63,859 bases of DNA from Callorhinchus milii (Eukaryota), in NCBI RefSeq assembly GCF_018977255.1, contig NW_024704805.1, positions 124,142-188,000 of the forward strand, written 5' to 3'. Under the pieces are notes generated by a model, which did no database searches, had not been told where the DNA came from, and worked only from the letters and a program-made list of their open reading frames with translations. The translations under genes were made by a program, and so were the position numbers. Positions 1-13,380 of the stretch are shown piece after piece (positions within the stretch are counted from its first letter, which is position 1; each line of letters begins with the position of its first letter).

Positions 1-48
1 CGATAGAATGAGTGAGAAAGAGATAGTGACAGCGAAATCATGATTGAG

Positions 49-49
<1 letters not shown>

Positions 50-82
<33 letters not shown>
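50..82. repeat. (GA)n microsatellite
   Basis: Directly visible. Confidence 0.95.
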
Positions 83-86
<4 letters not shown>

Positions 87-391
87 CAGCGTTGCAGGGG
101 ATAGTACATGTATTCACTTCTCGAGCAGAGAGCAATGTTGGGATTGTTTTCTCATCAACACAATCGCCTCCGTTTACATATCAGTAAACAGGAGACCAGG
201 TGTTAGTCGATTCGTGAATGAATTTAGCACAAACAGATATACAGGAAGTGAGCAGTCAGTGAAGGCGTCACCGAGAATATAATCATAACCTTCACAGCTC
301 ACGGCGCTGGAAAAACGTTTCTAACCGTTTATCCACCTTTAGGTGATTAACCTTTGCACTTCAACCCAAAAAAATTAGGTTAGAGTTGAGA

Positions 392-1463
392 ATGAAGCAA
401 AATATCAAGGCAACATTTATTATTTTGAGTATAATGACATCATTCTTGTGTAAGTAGGGAATGACGCTCTCTCTCTCACTGTATCTTTATCTCAGTGACT
501 CTCAGTGAATCTCAGTCAATCTCTCTCTCAGTCTCTCCTTCAAAAAACAACGTCCCTACACATTATAATATATTTTCCTCCTTAGTCTTTCTATCTGTTC
601 TCAGTCTATTTCAAAATATAAATTATTGGTCTTGGCTATGAAACCGGCTGCCACTGGATTTGGTCATGTTATTCCTTCTCTCCATGCCCACTGCATCCAT
701 GTCTGCAGTCTCTCTTCCCAAACCATGTCTGCAGTCTGTCTATGATTACAGTGGTGGGACATCACCTTGTTGACGAGTATCAACAAGATAATAATAATCC
801 CTCCAAAAAAACCAAAAAACAATAATAAAAAAAAATTGGGTCATTTTCAATCTACGACTGTTTGTGGGACATTGCTGTGCGCAATTGGCTGCCGCGTTCG
901 CCCACAAATATACAGTCAATTCACTTTACAGTGTGTTCTGTGAAGCGCTTTGGGACGTCCTCCCGACGTGAAAAGCGCTATATCAAATGCAAGGATTATT
1001 ATTATTATTATTATTATTATCTCCCTTAGTCACTCTATTAATGTCTCCATCAAATCACAAAGTCCCGACACTTGATAATGTATTCACTCTCAGTCTTTCT
1101 GTTCCCTTCTTTCAGTCTTTCTCTCGCTCAGTCTCTCTCTCTAATAACAAGAATAATTGTTAGTAATATTATTATCATCACAGGTACTTTGGCTGACAGC
1201 GATGTATCACAGAGACCCCAGACCGTGACACAGCTTGAAAATGGAGACGTATCCATGGAGTGCACCACCACTGAGTCGGGTCCAACTTTTCAGTGGTACA
1301 TACATGATGGAAACGGCTCCATCCTGTTCTTGGTTTTGGGAGAAAGAGACATAACAGTGAAGGACAGGGTAAGAGCTTTGGCTAATACAAAACAGAGAAG
1401 CTGCACTCTAACAATCCAACACGTGCGAGTGTCAGACACCGCCACTTACTTCTGTGCGGACAG
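392..1463 (+). CDS. TCR alpha/delta V segment V1 (leader 392-449, V exon 1184-1463), apparently functional
   Basis: Leader MKQNIKATFIILSIMTSFL + T|gtaagt; acceptor cag at 1181-1183; V exon ...DSDVSQRPQTV...SMEC...FQWY...DTATYFCADS; RSS cacagtg 1464-1470, 23-bp spacer, acgaaaaca 1494-1502. Confidence 0.88.
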
Positions 1464-1614
1464 CACAGTGATGTGTGTCTAAGAGGGACCTGTACGAAAA
1501 CATGCTGAGGTTACTGGAGCTCAAGGTTTAAAGCACTCGCCTCGCAAACGAGAGACCTGGGTTGATTCCCGGCAGGGCAAAACATTGGACATGTTTCCTT
1601 ACTCCTTTTGCTGA

Positions 1615-1930
1615 ATCCTGTAGCTCAGTCGTTAGGGCACTCGCTTTGCAAGCGAGAGAACTGAGTTCAATTCCAGGCAGGGCGAAACCTTGGGCAAGTT
1701 GCCTTACCCCAGACGCCTAATAATAATCCCTCCAAAAACCAAAAACAATAATAAATCGGTTATTTTTAATCTCCGACTGTTTGTGGGACATTGCTGTGCG
1801 CAATTGGCTGCCGCGCTCGCCCACAAATGTACAGTTAATTCACTTTACAGTGTGTTCTGTGAAGCGCTGTGGGTCGTCCTCCCGAAATGAAAAGCGCGAT
1901 ATCAAATGCAAGGATTATTATTTTTATTAT
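1615..1930 (+). mobile_element. tRNA(Ala)-derived SINE with L2-like 3' tail; representative of dozens of copies and fragments on both strands across the window
   Basis: Head tagctcagtcgttagggcactcgctttgcaagcg...gagttcaattcc (A/B boxes); core ctgtttgtgggacattgctgtgcgcaattggctgccg; tail gtgaagcgc...aaaagcgc.atatcaaatgcaagga(tta)n. Confidence 0.8.
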
Positions 1931-2725
1931 TAGGCGTCTTATTACCTAGCAAAACGTAGGTTTTAGTTGATTGGCGGAGCGTCTTTCTCTGCAAAATAAT
2001 TCCTTACAATAATGATATAATTATAATAATGATAATCAGTTCTTTATCTCAACGCACATCTGTTTGTGGGACACTGCGTTGCGCAACTCGCTGCCGCATT
2101 TAGTCCATAACATGTACAGTCATTTCACTTCACAGTAGAGTCTGTGAAATACTATGTAACGTCTCGAAGAAGTGATAATGCGTTATGTCAAATGGAAGGA
2201 TTATTATTATTCACTTTATTGGTTTGCTGAGCCGCAAATAGGAACCCGTTTATCAATAGATTGGAGGAGCGCTTTTTCGTTGGTAATATACCATTAAAAA
2301 AATTGGTCGGTCGATCAACGACTGTTTGTGAGACGCTGTTTTGCGCAACTGGCATTTTCCCCACAAAATACACTGTCGATACACTTAACCGTGTATCGCA
2401 TGAAGGCCGTATAGACAGATAACTCGGACAAGTGATAAGGCGTTGTATCAAACGCAAATATTTTATAACTTACCGGTTGATTTGGATAACCATAGGCATG
2501 GTGATTGGTTTCCATATGTGTCAGACACCACGGTAACAAAAATAAATGTTAATATATGAAGCGTCATTCAGCGAAACAAATCGTACAACACAGAAGCTCG
2601 TAGAAATGAGTCATGTTTGAAAACGTGTGTTTTACACCCAAACTGGTGTAACTCAGAAGTGTAGAGAGGAAAGGGGAGTGAAGGAAACTTTCAACTAATT
2701 GGGGCAGAGACATCTGAGAAACTGC

Positions 2726-2733
2726 TGACGTCA
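2726..2733. promoter_or_regulatory. CRE (TGACGTCA) upstream of the V2 leader
   Basis: Perfect palindrome about 510 bp upstream of the leader; CRE-like motifs are established features of TCR V promoters; a paralog tgacgtaa is at about 20244. Confidence 0.35.
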
Positions 2734-3242
2734 CATGGCTCCTACCATTTCGCTTTGAACCCTCTGAATGGTTCGTTTCACCTCGTTACCAAATTGACAC
2801 CCGTCCCCGGGGATGTGAAGCTAACGCACACGACGCCATTGTGCAGCCGTCTGCACACACTCAGGGGCTTCCACTGAGCAACTCGTCCTGCATTCTGTTG
2901 ACAGTCTATGCCATAATAATCTTTGACCGTTGATAACGTGCCTTATCTCGTCTCTGAGGCGTCTCAAATCGCTTCATAGAATACATCTCAAGTGTTGTGA
3001 CCGTGTATTGGTTGGGCGGCGAAACTCGAGAACGAACCGTGCACCGCAGAGTATCTCGAAGAGTTGTGGATTGAGTGACAATCTTTTTGAGGGATCAATA
3101 GCCCTGTAAAGCGATCCGCAGACCGACTCGCAGTCGGGTTCCTGTCTACTGTCGGTTAAAGAGAGACGCGTGGAATAAGGAAAACTGCCTAAGCTTTTAA
3201 AGGCAATTTTAGTTTCTTCATTAAAGCGCTGAAAGATTGGCT

Positions 3243-3689
3243 ATGAAGGCGAGTACAGTTTACTCTTCATCCTCCTGAAAGCTGCCGTGTTCCTCAGCGT
3301 GAGTATGTTTCACAGATAAACCCCGCTTGAGCTTAGTGAGACATTGCAGTTAATTCGACCACAATTAACGAGTGAGTTTCATTGAGAGATTTTCTTATAC
3401 TTATCAGGAATCAGTGGTCAGGATACAGTCTTACAGTCGCCATTCTCTGTGCCTGTTCGAGGAGAAGGAACAAGTGCTTATACTGTTCGGCAACAGGATC
3501 GAATACCGCTTCAATGGTACAGAGAGTATCCGAACCAGGTTCTCAAACACTTGATAACAGGAAAGACAGGAGAGCAGCAGAAGGAGAGGATCACAGCTAC
3601 AATGAACTATAGAGACGGGAAGGGCAGTAATCTGAGCATCACACGCACAGAAGTAACAGACGCCGCCACCTACTTGTGTGCAGTGGAGA
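3243..3689 (+). pseudogene. TCR alpha-like V pseudogene V2 (degraded leader about 3243-3298, V exon 3408-3689)
   Basis: FR1 QDTVLQSPFS, QWYREYP and DAATYLCAVE are in one frame, but the Cys23/CDR1 motif (CSATGSNTA) is in another. The leader has an in-frame stop and wrong phase. RSS cacattg 3690-3696, 23 bp, acacaaacc 3720-3728. Confidence 0.8.
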
Positions 3690-5865
3690 CACATTGAGAC
3701 AATCACATAGAGAGGCCGTACACAAACCCCCAGTGATCAGTCAGCAATTCCCCTCTTGTTCATCACAGTAACTGCTCAGTACTCACTGCCTCTCAGTCTC
3801 CCTCAATTTCCTTGTTCATGACGGGATGTCCATGTCATGTCTGCAGGGCATGTGGCGTCCTGTAGCTAGTGGTGAGAGCGAAAGGACCTTGTTCGATTAG
3901 GGGCAGATGGCTATTACAGGGGTAAAGTTCCTTCAATACTGATAACAAATTAGTCACTCAACTCAATGGGACACAGATGCGAATGATTGGCTGCGGTGTT
4001 TCGCTCACACAATGTGCAGCCCATTCGTATACAGTGTAATATGTGAAGTACTTTGCGGCGTCTGGAAGGTGTAAAAATATGCAATAGCGAATGAAAAGAT
4101 TAAAACTATAATTAAATATAATCATGTTATTGTCGCAGTAATAAACTCAAAGTCCTGCTCTCTGGGCAATGCCGCCGCATTTACGAGCCTTTCTGTTGGT
4201 ATTATTCAGCAGTATACCATCAAAAACAACAACTCATATTCAAGTACTGCCATACACAACGGGAAATAAAAAATAGGCTGAAAAATATTTGCCATCAAAT
4301 GTCTCCAATTGTACAGGTGATGTAGCTGCAATTCACCAGCAGAAGGTGAAACCAACACATATACAACATGAGCTGCAACTTGTACAACTTGTCACTTTCC
4401 TTTCTGCAACTATCTTCCTTGGTAACACTAACAGCTGCTTCCTGTTACATTTAACATTGTTTACTCATACAATATTGCTGCTTCAGCTGAAATATACAAA
4501 GTTTTCTCCAAAGCATAAGTAACAAAAGGTTTAGTTTACTCAAGAAGCAGCTTCTGTGTCACTTTTTATATATATTGCCTGACTCCCAAATAACTAGTCG
4601 CCCTTAATCCGATCTCTCTGCTGTATAATGCTTCTCTCCTGAAATGTCGTCGATTTGGCTACCACCAATCTTTCAGGCAACATACTCATGCAGTATACTC
4701 TGCGAAGCGCTTTCAGACGCCTCAACGGCATCATATGTCAAAGGAACAGATGCAAGCATATGTATTATTATTCCTGGTTCAGGGTAAAATTTATATTGCA
4801 GTGTCTTACCACTGGGTGTCTCTCAGGCGCTGAAATTCTGACAAGACACCACTGGCTTGAAAGCCTGTGAAAAATGTTGAATAAAGCATATTCCTGCACA
4901 CCGCTTACAACCGTTTTCAGAAGGTTGCTAACCGTATCCCATTGCTTGGTTGACACTTTCCATTCTGAACAACAGGTATACTCGAAACGAAGATTGTTGG
5001 AATCAAAGTTTGTAACAAATTGTTGGGGAGCAGTCGACATAATATACGGGTGTTTCAGGATTCTCTGACTGTTCTGCTCCCACGATTAATGAAAAATCTA
5101 TTCCATATATCCGAATCAATCCTAAACCTGGTTTCTGCAGAACATAGAGCTTTTTGAGATCTCTTTTCCTGAAACACAAATTTCTTCATACAGTGTTCCT
5201 GCAAGTCGATCGATTATCAAGATCTGTGCTCTTTGCCAAAGCACATCTTGGTCCTATAGGTTGGTGGTTAGAACACACGCCTCGCAAGCAGTGGAGATTT
5301 ACAGCATTGAGCAATTCTGCGCAAATTTGCTTACTCCACACGCTTCTGTTTAACCGACTAGTAAATAGGAACCCGGTTATCAGCCGAATGGCGAACAGTT
5401 TGCCAGGGGAATAACACCCTAAAAAAGTGGTAGATTGGTCATTCATTCAAGGACTGTATGCACGGCACAGCTGTGTGCATCAGGCTGCCGAGGTTCACAC
5501 TGAAAGCACAGTCAAATTATTTTACCGTATACTCTTTGAAACAATTCGAAACGTATCCAAGACCTGATAAGGCACTTATTATTATTATTATTCGTATAAT
5601 TTGTTGAGTCTTTGTAATCAGGTCTCTCTGGACTGTCTCTTTGATGCATTACTATTGTTTGCCACAGCGAGGAGAAGTGAATCTGAATGTAAACGGTAGG
5701 GGGAGTCGCAATGTACCTCCACCAAAAAACACAGACAAGATAATGACGCGGGGATAGGAGACAACTCCTCAAATGGAGAAAGGTTTATCAACCAGACGCT
5801 ACGTTTAGATAAATTCTCGTTGCATTCCAACGGAAGATATTGACGTGAATCGACGGCAGTTGAGA

Positions 5866-6325
5866 ATGAAGCAGAATCACAATGCAAAATATATGATTTT
5901 GAATGTAATAGTATTCCTACGGTGTGAGTAGATGATGGTTGTGTGCAAGCAAATGCTTTTATTTCCTGATAAATAATTATAAATTGTGGTGACAGACTTT
6001 ATCTCAAATCCGTTCCAACAATGTTCATTTCTGCTTTCTTTCCAGGCCTCTTGGCCGCAAGTGACGTCTCACAGATACCTCAGGCCGTGACAGTGAATGA
6101 AAATGGAAATGTATCTATGGAATGCATCGCCTCTGTGACCAGCCCTGTCTTTCACTGGTACAAACATTATGGAAACGGTTCCATTCGGTTCTTGTTGTTG
6201 GGAAAAAGCGACGTAAATACGAAGGACAGGATAAGAGCTTTGGCTGAGCGAAAACAGAAAAACTGCACGCTTACAATCGAAGATGTGCGAATATCAGACA
6301 CCGCCATTTACTTCTGTGCGGAGGG
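5866..6325 (+). CDS. TCR alpha/delta V segment V3 (leader 5866-5923, V exon 6046-6325), paralog of V1, apparently functional
   Basis: Leader MKQNHNAKYMILNVIVFLR + T|gtgagt (58 nt, same length as the V1 leader); V exon ASDVSQIP...MEC...FHWYK...DTAIYFCAEG; RSS cacagtg 6326-6332, 23 bp, acaaaaaca 6356-6364. Confidence 0.88.
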
Positions 6326-7396
6326 CACAGTGCTGTGTGTCTAAGAGGGACCTGTACAAAAACATGTTGGTTTTACTGCAACTCAATGGTTAGAGCACTC
6401 GCTTCGCAAGCGTGAGGGCCTGGGATCGGTTTCCGTCAGGGCAAAGTGTTTTGCAAGGTTTCTAACTCCTCATGCGTCTGCTTACGTTGAATTGTGTAGG
6501 AATATGGCTGTTAGTTTACTGGCAGATCGCTTTTCAGAGGGTAAAAATTGTTTAAACAGGAAAGAAACGTTTTCTTTATTCCACAACAGTTTGTGGGATC
6601 CGGTTGTGTGCAATCGGCTGCCGCATTTATCCCATAGCAAACGCAATCAATTCACTTCACAGCACAACCTATAAAACGCTGTGTAATATCTCGAAGACGT
6701 GATCAGAAGCTGTATCAAATGCAAGGTTTATTATCATTTTTGTTGGTTTACTGATCCGGAAATCGGAGCCCGGTTGACAGGCGTTTGGATGATCGCTTTT
6801 CGTCGATTAGAAATGTTCATCACTCGATCAAAGACTGTTTGTGAGACGCTGCTGTGCGCACTTAGCTGCCAGGTAAGTGGAAAACTTACCCCTTAAGTCT
6901 GGTTCCTGCAAATGAAATCCAAAGCTTATGTTTTATTGCACCAAATAACCGATACGGTACAGGACATTTGTGGTCGTGGAGTACTATAGTTCAGTGGTTA
7001 GAGCACTTGTGTAGCAAGGGAGAGGAGCTGGACTCGATTCCAGGACGGAACAGGTCAAAACCTTCAGCAAGTTTCCAGACTCCACACACTCGCGAGTGCT
7101 TTCCTATGAATCCGTAGGATTCCAGGTATAAGTCAATGGGCAGATGCCTTTTATGGTGGTGATAATCCCTCAAAAAATGTTACCTGTGATAATATGGGGG
7201 CGTCATGCAGGACATTTTGTGCGTTACTGCACTGCGCATACGCTGGTGTGCTTCGCCCGGAAAATACAATTAATATCCATTGTGTGAAGCGCTTCGCCAT
7301 CTCCAAGCTGTGATAATTCGCTATATCAGTTGCAAGCTTTATCACGGTCATCATAATTATTTTATTGAACGCTGTTGCATTGTACCTGTTTCCCAG

Positions 7397-7703
7397 GATA
7401 TTGTAGAGGTGATTCGGTGACACAGCTCCAATCTACAGTGACAGTGAATGAAGAGGAGGATGTTACTCTCCAGTGTAATTACACAACTACAAGCAACACT
7501 CTCTATCTGTTCTGGTACCGTCAGTATCCTAACAAAGCTCCAGAATATATCCTTTGGACATACGGCAGGGGCCAACCGCAACATGCAGACTTTGCAAAAG
7601 AACGTTTCTCAACGAAACTGGATGAAAGTCGTAGAACCGTCCCGTTAAATATATCCCAAGTGAGAGTTACAGACTCAGCGGCGTATTACTGTGCACTGAG
7701 CCC
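7397..7703 (+). CDS. TCR alpha/delta V exon Y1 (family Y), open frame, no leader exon found
   Basis: GDSVTQLQSTVTVNEEEDVTLQC...LFWYRQYPNKAPEY...DSAAYYCALSP; acceptor cag 7394-7396; RSS cacagag 7704-7710, 23 bp, acaaaaact 7734-7742. The intron remnant at about 6890-6950 matches Y paralogs, but SINE sequence sits where the leader should be. Confidence 0.85.
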
Positions 7704-9232
7704 CACAGAGGCACAGAACAGCGGCTCCGCCCTACAAAAACTGCCACGTGGAGTCCTGCAGCTCAATGGTTATAGCACACACCTCGCAAGCAGCAAGCAA
7801 ACGGGATACGTGTGTTCCATTCACGGCAAAGCGTTTTGAAGCGTTTCGACGATGTGGTTTGGCACTATAATAAATGCAACGATTATTATTATTAAATACG
7901 ATCATGTTATTTTCACAGAAATACCTTCACACATTTTGCACTCTGGGGAGACCTGCACTGGAAGTGTCCTTCTCTGCTATTTCAACAAGTAGGAAACAAT
8001 AAGAAATATTAACTTGCATCTACGTAGCGACATTCATAGGGGGAAAGTTAAGACGGGCCGAAAATAATTTGCAATCAACTGTCTCCAAATGTACACATGC
8101 TGTAGCTGCAATCCACCAGCAGATGTCACACTAAAAATAATATAACATGAGCTGCGACTGACATACCTTTTCACGTTCCTTTATGTAACTGACAGGTGCT
8201 TCCTGTTGCAGTTGACATAATTTCCTGACATACATATTGCTGCTTCAGCTGACGTGTAAAAAAACTTGTCTAAATCATGATTGGCACAAAATTTAGATTA
8301 CTCAAAGAACAGTGTTTGTGTCACTTTTTAGATGTGTTATCTTTCTCTACCAGAAGCATTCGCCCTCATGTGGTTCACACTGAGATAAAAAATGTGATAA
8401 TTTTTTTTATGGGTTATATGGTCATTTATGTTTGTTTAATTTGAAAACGAGATTACAACTGACCTCGTTTAACTTAATGTAAGAATTGAAACGCAATCTC
8501 TGATACACTGGGAGCTCAAACTGCCGATCTGGGTCCAGAACCAACAACATTCAGACACATAGGAGAATGTACCAATAACACATGCCGGTTTTCAACTCAG
8601 CCTTGATAGAAAGCAAACCTTTTTTTAAAGCTAGGCTGCATTGTTCAAGATCAACCAAATGAATGCATTCAGAACAGTATTGAAAATAAAAATGCCCTTT
8701 AATCATTTGATATACATCCATACTGCGTCTCGAAGGCGTCCTGAAGCGCTTCAAAAATGAACAGAAAAGCAAATCGTTAGTGGGTGAAACGCACTCCTCG
8801 CAACCTCGCCCAGACCCACTGGCCTCCAATCCGCGGCAGATCAAGTTAAAAATCCTCATTAGAGAAAGTGACATCAAAAGCGGAAATGTTGTCACCACAG
8901 CCTTGATGACAGAAACTGAACCTATATTCCTTTAGGCTCTACTGCATGGCTCAACGATTCACATCAAATCGGTTCACTCACTAAACTGTAGAATGAATTG
9001 TTGTTGTGTGATACGTGCGACAATATTCCCATCCAAACCGAGACCCATTCGCTTCCAATCGCCAGAAGATCGAGTTCAGGATCCTCTGGTTAGTGTGAAA
9101 CGCCGACAATTATAGAGAGTAAACACTAAACCCGTCAGATGAGCCGCTTCCTCACAACTCGTCACTGAAGCAGCAACACAGCGATATACAAAGGAAGAGA
9201 TTCCATTATCTGTCCACACCTCAGCAGCCAAC

Positions 9233-10352
9233 ATGACATCTCACTGCCAGTTACTGATAGCAGTGCTCACCATAGCCAGTAAGTATGTGTGGACATACCC
9301 AGCGAATGAACTTTACATGATATAATATCAGATGCTTAAAGGTTAAAGCAATCGTCTGTTAAGCGAGAGAACATGTGTTCGATTCTCGGGCGGTCGAAAC
9401 TTTTACCAAATTTGCTTACACCTCACGCCTCTGTTTACATGAAGTAATGTCTTAATTTCAGGGGTGCGCTGCAACATGCACGTTTCTTTCTATGCTGCTG
9501 TATTAAGTAAGAAAACATCAAAACAAACAAGATCCAATATATTCTTTACACCAAAACTATTTCCTTTATTTATAAAGATACTGTTTTTTCTGGTGGTTGG
9601 GGGAATCAGACTAAAGGTGCATTAGATCCAGTCCAGTTAGCAGAGAAATTTTGAGAAAAATATTACGAAAAATGTAAGGAAATCTGGAAAACTTCACAAA
9701 GAAGCTGAGGTTGACGGTTCCATTTATATTTTCGAGACCGAGTTGGATTCGTGGATCGCTTTGCGACTGCAATAAAGTATTTTAAAAAATCAGCTAACAA
9801 AATTTTTTTCACTCAATCTGTGGTTTGTTGTTTGTTGTTGATGTTGCTGGACGCTGCTTTGTTTGATTTGCTGCTACGTTTCGCCCACAAAATATTGTCA
9901 ATTCGCTTTATAATATATTCTCTGGGCTATTTGAGATGTGTGAACCGTGTGATAAGGTGCTGTATAAAAAGGAATAATTGTTATCAATACAGTTAATTAA
10001 AATTATCATTTAACTTTGCTCACCAAAATGTGTTGTTTTTGGCTGTTTTTGCAGAAGTCGGCGGACAAGATGTTGTCACCCAATATCCTCCCAAGATAAC
10101 AGATTTTGAAGGAGAAGACGTGACACTAAAATGTAATATTTCAAGGTTGGACACTGCCTTCTGGTACAGGCAATATCCCGATGGAAGCCTTCAGTACTTG
10201 TTCAGGATATATGGCTCTGGAAAGGTAGACACAACTCCTGATCTACCGGAACGTTTCACAGCCGAGCAGATCAAGGAGAATAAAGTAATTAAGATGCAGA
10301 TATTCGGTGCTGTTATGGGTGACAGCGCTGTGTATCACTGTGCCCTATACCC
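9233..10352 (+). CDS. TCR alpha/delta V segment X1 (family X; leader 9233-9278, V exon 10055-10352), apparently functional
   Basis: Leader MTSHCQLLIAVLTIA + A|gtaagt; GQDVVTQYPP...VTLKCNISRLDTAFWYRQ...DSAVYHCALYP; RSS cacactg 10353-10359, 23 bp, acaaaaact 10383-10391. Confidence 0.9.
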
Positions 10353-13169
10353 CACACTGCTACAGGAAGGCAGATTCCCCGTACAAAAACTCAGCAGACA
10401 ATAATATCTTGCTCTCACACATTTAACATGTGCTTTAAACAGACTGAAATATGCAATTAAAACAGGGAGATTGGTGGAGCTCTGTGTTTATAGCACTTGC
10501 CTCACAATCGACAGACGTGGGTTCAATTGCCAAGAGAACGGATCATGGTGCAACGTTCCTTATTCCACCTTCCCGTCTCTGTTTACCATCAGAAAGTAGG
10601 AAGCAGGTTGTCAATCGATTGGCGGATCGATTTTCCAGAGTTAATAATTCCTTCAGAATTATCGTGTGAATAGTAAATTGTTCACTTCATCCAATGGGAC
10701 ACCGATATTTACAATTTGCTGCCGTGCTTGGCCCTCACAATATGCAGTCAATTCGTTTACTGTATATTGAAGGAAGCACTGAGTGGCGTCTCGAAGATGT
10801 GATATGGCGCTGTATCAAATGCAACTATTATTATTCTTGTTATTAACTGTAGTCATGTTATCATTCCAGTAATAATAAAAAAATGTCTTGCATTCTGCGG
10901 AGCGCTGCCACGTGCAATATTCTTACTATGCTGCATTAGTAAGTAAGAAAACATCAAAACAAACAATTTCCGTTTATATTGCTGACACAGAAACTATTTT
11001 CTCTATTTATAGAGAAACTGCTTCTTCTGGTGGTTGGCGGCATGCAGAATGAGGTTGCATCGGAGCCAGTCCAGATCGCAGAAAAAATTGTGAGGAAAAA
11101 ATTACGAAAAATTATGGAAATCTGGAAAACTTCCACAAAGATTCTGCAGAGGTTGATTCCATTAATGTTTCCCAGACTGAGTTGGATACATTTATTTTAG
11201 ATCAGAATTTCAAGAAATACGGAGAAAAGGTTGCAATATGTCTTGAGAGATAAATCAGCCATGATGTAATGTAACGTTGGAACATGCTCAAGGAGATGAT
11301 GGTCTGCTCCTATTACTATTTAGCGCTTTACACGTTGGGGAGCGTCTTGGTGAATCAAAAAAGAAAGAAACCAATTTGGGGAATTTACGTTAAAGAAGGA
11401 TGAAGTTTAACTTTCATTTTAAGTTTATTGAGCACATTTGCCTCGGGACGTGCGCCTGACACGAACGGACTTACCTGAATGCCCCTCTGATGTTACTCTG
11501 TTTTAAAATGCTATATGTCAGCGAAGTGTTCATCAAATAATCTAATCGATGAAGTAAAAAGTTAGTGAATTGAATTAAATTGGGGAAGCAAGTGTTTGCA
11601 CAGAGACACGTCAAATTAAGGAAATGTGAATGACATTGAATGGTCGAATGCTCCAGGGAAGACCAGAAAATATGAGGAACGAGCGGGGAAATGAGACTAA
11701 TGTATAAAATTTCAGTGGAGAAGACAGCACCAAGGAAAGGCAAGTCGGGACCATAGCAATTAAGCTACGAAACCTCTCTAATTGCAAACGTGCTGTAGCT
11801 ACAATCAACCAGCAGATGGAGCACTAAACATGCACATGCAACATGAGCTGCAACTTATATAACTTGTCACGCTCCTTTCGGTAAATAGTTTCCTTTGCAG
11901 CAGTAACAGGTGCTTCCGGTTGTGTTTGACACAGTTCACTCATACACACTATTGCTGCTTCAAATGTAATTTACAAATATTTGCCTAAAGTATTAACACA
12001 AGGCTTAGGTTGCACAGGAAACAATTTCTATCTCACATATTATATTTTGTTCCCCTTTCCCAAATAGCAGCCGTTGTTAAGTTGTATTCTCTACTGTATT
12101 GCAATTCTCTCTTGAAAGTTGTTATATTATCGGCTTCTGCCACCCTTTGAGGCAATGCATTATAGATCAGAACAACTCGCTGTGTGAAAAAAATAATTCT
12201 GGCCTCCTCAATGCTTATTCAGGCAACTTCATTAAACGTGAATATTAAGCTATTTAATACGTTATTACCATATAATTAAAAAATTCTTTGATATTTCATC
12301 CCGCAACTGAAACATTGAAAAGCCACCGAAGTGCTCACTGTGTAATACATATTGGATTATGTTCTGATGTTCTGGGCTGACACTTGGGCAGGCCTGGCTG
12401 TCTGTATTGTCGGTGAAACTTGTCCTACCGAGGAGATATTAAAACGAGGTCGAGACGTCTTGCCTGAAGGGACTATAATGTTGCCATAGCACTGCTCGAG
12501 AAAGGACAAGGTTTCGACCAATGTCTGGACAGACTTTCTTTCGGTAAAATTCGTCTCTCATTCATAGCTGTTTGTGGAACATTGTTGTACACAAATTGGA
12601 TGCCAAGTTGACAAAAAAATCTGCCTCTGTTTTCGACATTAAAACCTGCGAGGAGGTTTGAGGCGATTCTACGAAATGACAAGACTGTGTCGATAAAAGC
12701 ATTTCTCAAACACGAATAACCAACACAATTGTAAGGTCATGTTTATTCTATATTGTAACAATATCGATAATAATAAGAAAGGTTGCATTTGCTATACTGC
12801 CATATTACGTCATTGAGACGTCTCAAAGATCGTCACAGAATATACTGAAAAGTGGAGTACTATATTCTTTTATGCCAATTGTGTACAGCTGTGTCCCACA
12901 AAAGTTGTGGGTTGAGTTGCCTTATTATGTGGCACTGTGTGTGTGGGAGAGTGTGGGGGTGAGGTGTGCGGGGGAGAGGGTGGTGATGGGGCGATAGATT
13001 GTATTGTGTGGGCCAAACTTGGTAGCCAACTGTGTAAAACAGTGGCCCACACATTGTTATGGATTGATTGACCTGATTTTGTGGCACTGTGTGTGTTTGT
13101 GTGGGGGGAGGGGAGGAGGCGGGACGCTGTGTGGGCGGGGCGTTGTAAATTAACGGCAGTGATTGGGCG

Positions 13170-13380
13170 ATTCGGCTCAGTTCGGGGGTGGGGCTGTGAC
13201 TGAGTGACGTAGCACTGTGTGCGCGTCAGTGGCTGTGTAGGCGGGGCTCAGTGCGGGCGGAGCAGTGACTGAGTGACGTAGCACTGTGTGCGCGTCAGTG
13301 GCTGTGTAGGCGGGGCTCAGTGCGGGCGGGGCAATGACAGAGTGACGTAGCTCTGTGGGCGTGGCAGTGGCTGTGAGATT
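13170..13380. repeat. GC-rich minisatellite, 69-bp unit x3 (related arrays at about 27280-27440, 38560-38760 and 45785-45945)
   Basis: Recurring gtgactgagtgacgtagc at 13196, 13265 and 13334; contains gggcgggg and tgacgt motifs. Confidence 0.85.

Noticed and set aside
300-345. Possible V1 leader ending ...ccacctttag|gtgatt
   Set aside because: No in-frame ATG and not hydrophobic; the true leader at 392-449 is matched by the V3 paralog.
1508-1575. tRNA-Ala-like sequences throughout the window
   Set aside because: They lack a complete acceptor stem and continue into SINE core and tail, so they are SINE heads rather than tRNA genes.
13200-13380. cactgtg heptamer-like words in the minisatellite
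   Set aside because: No nonamer at 12 or 23 bp spacing.
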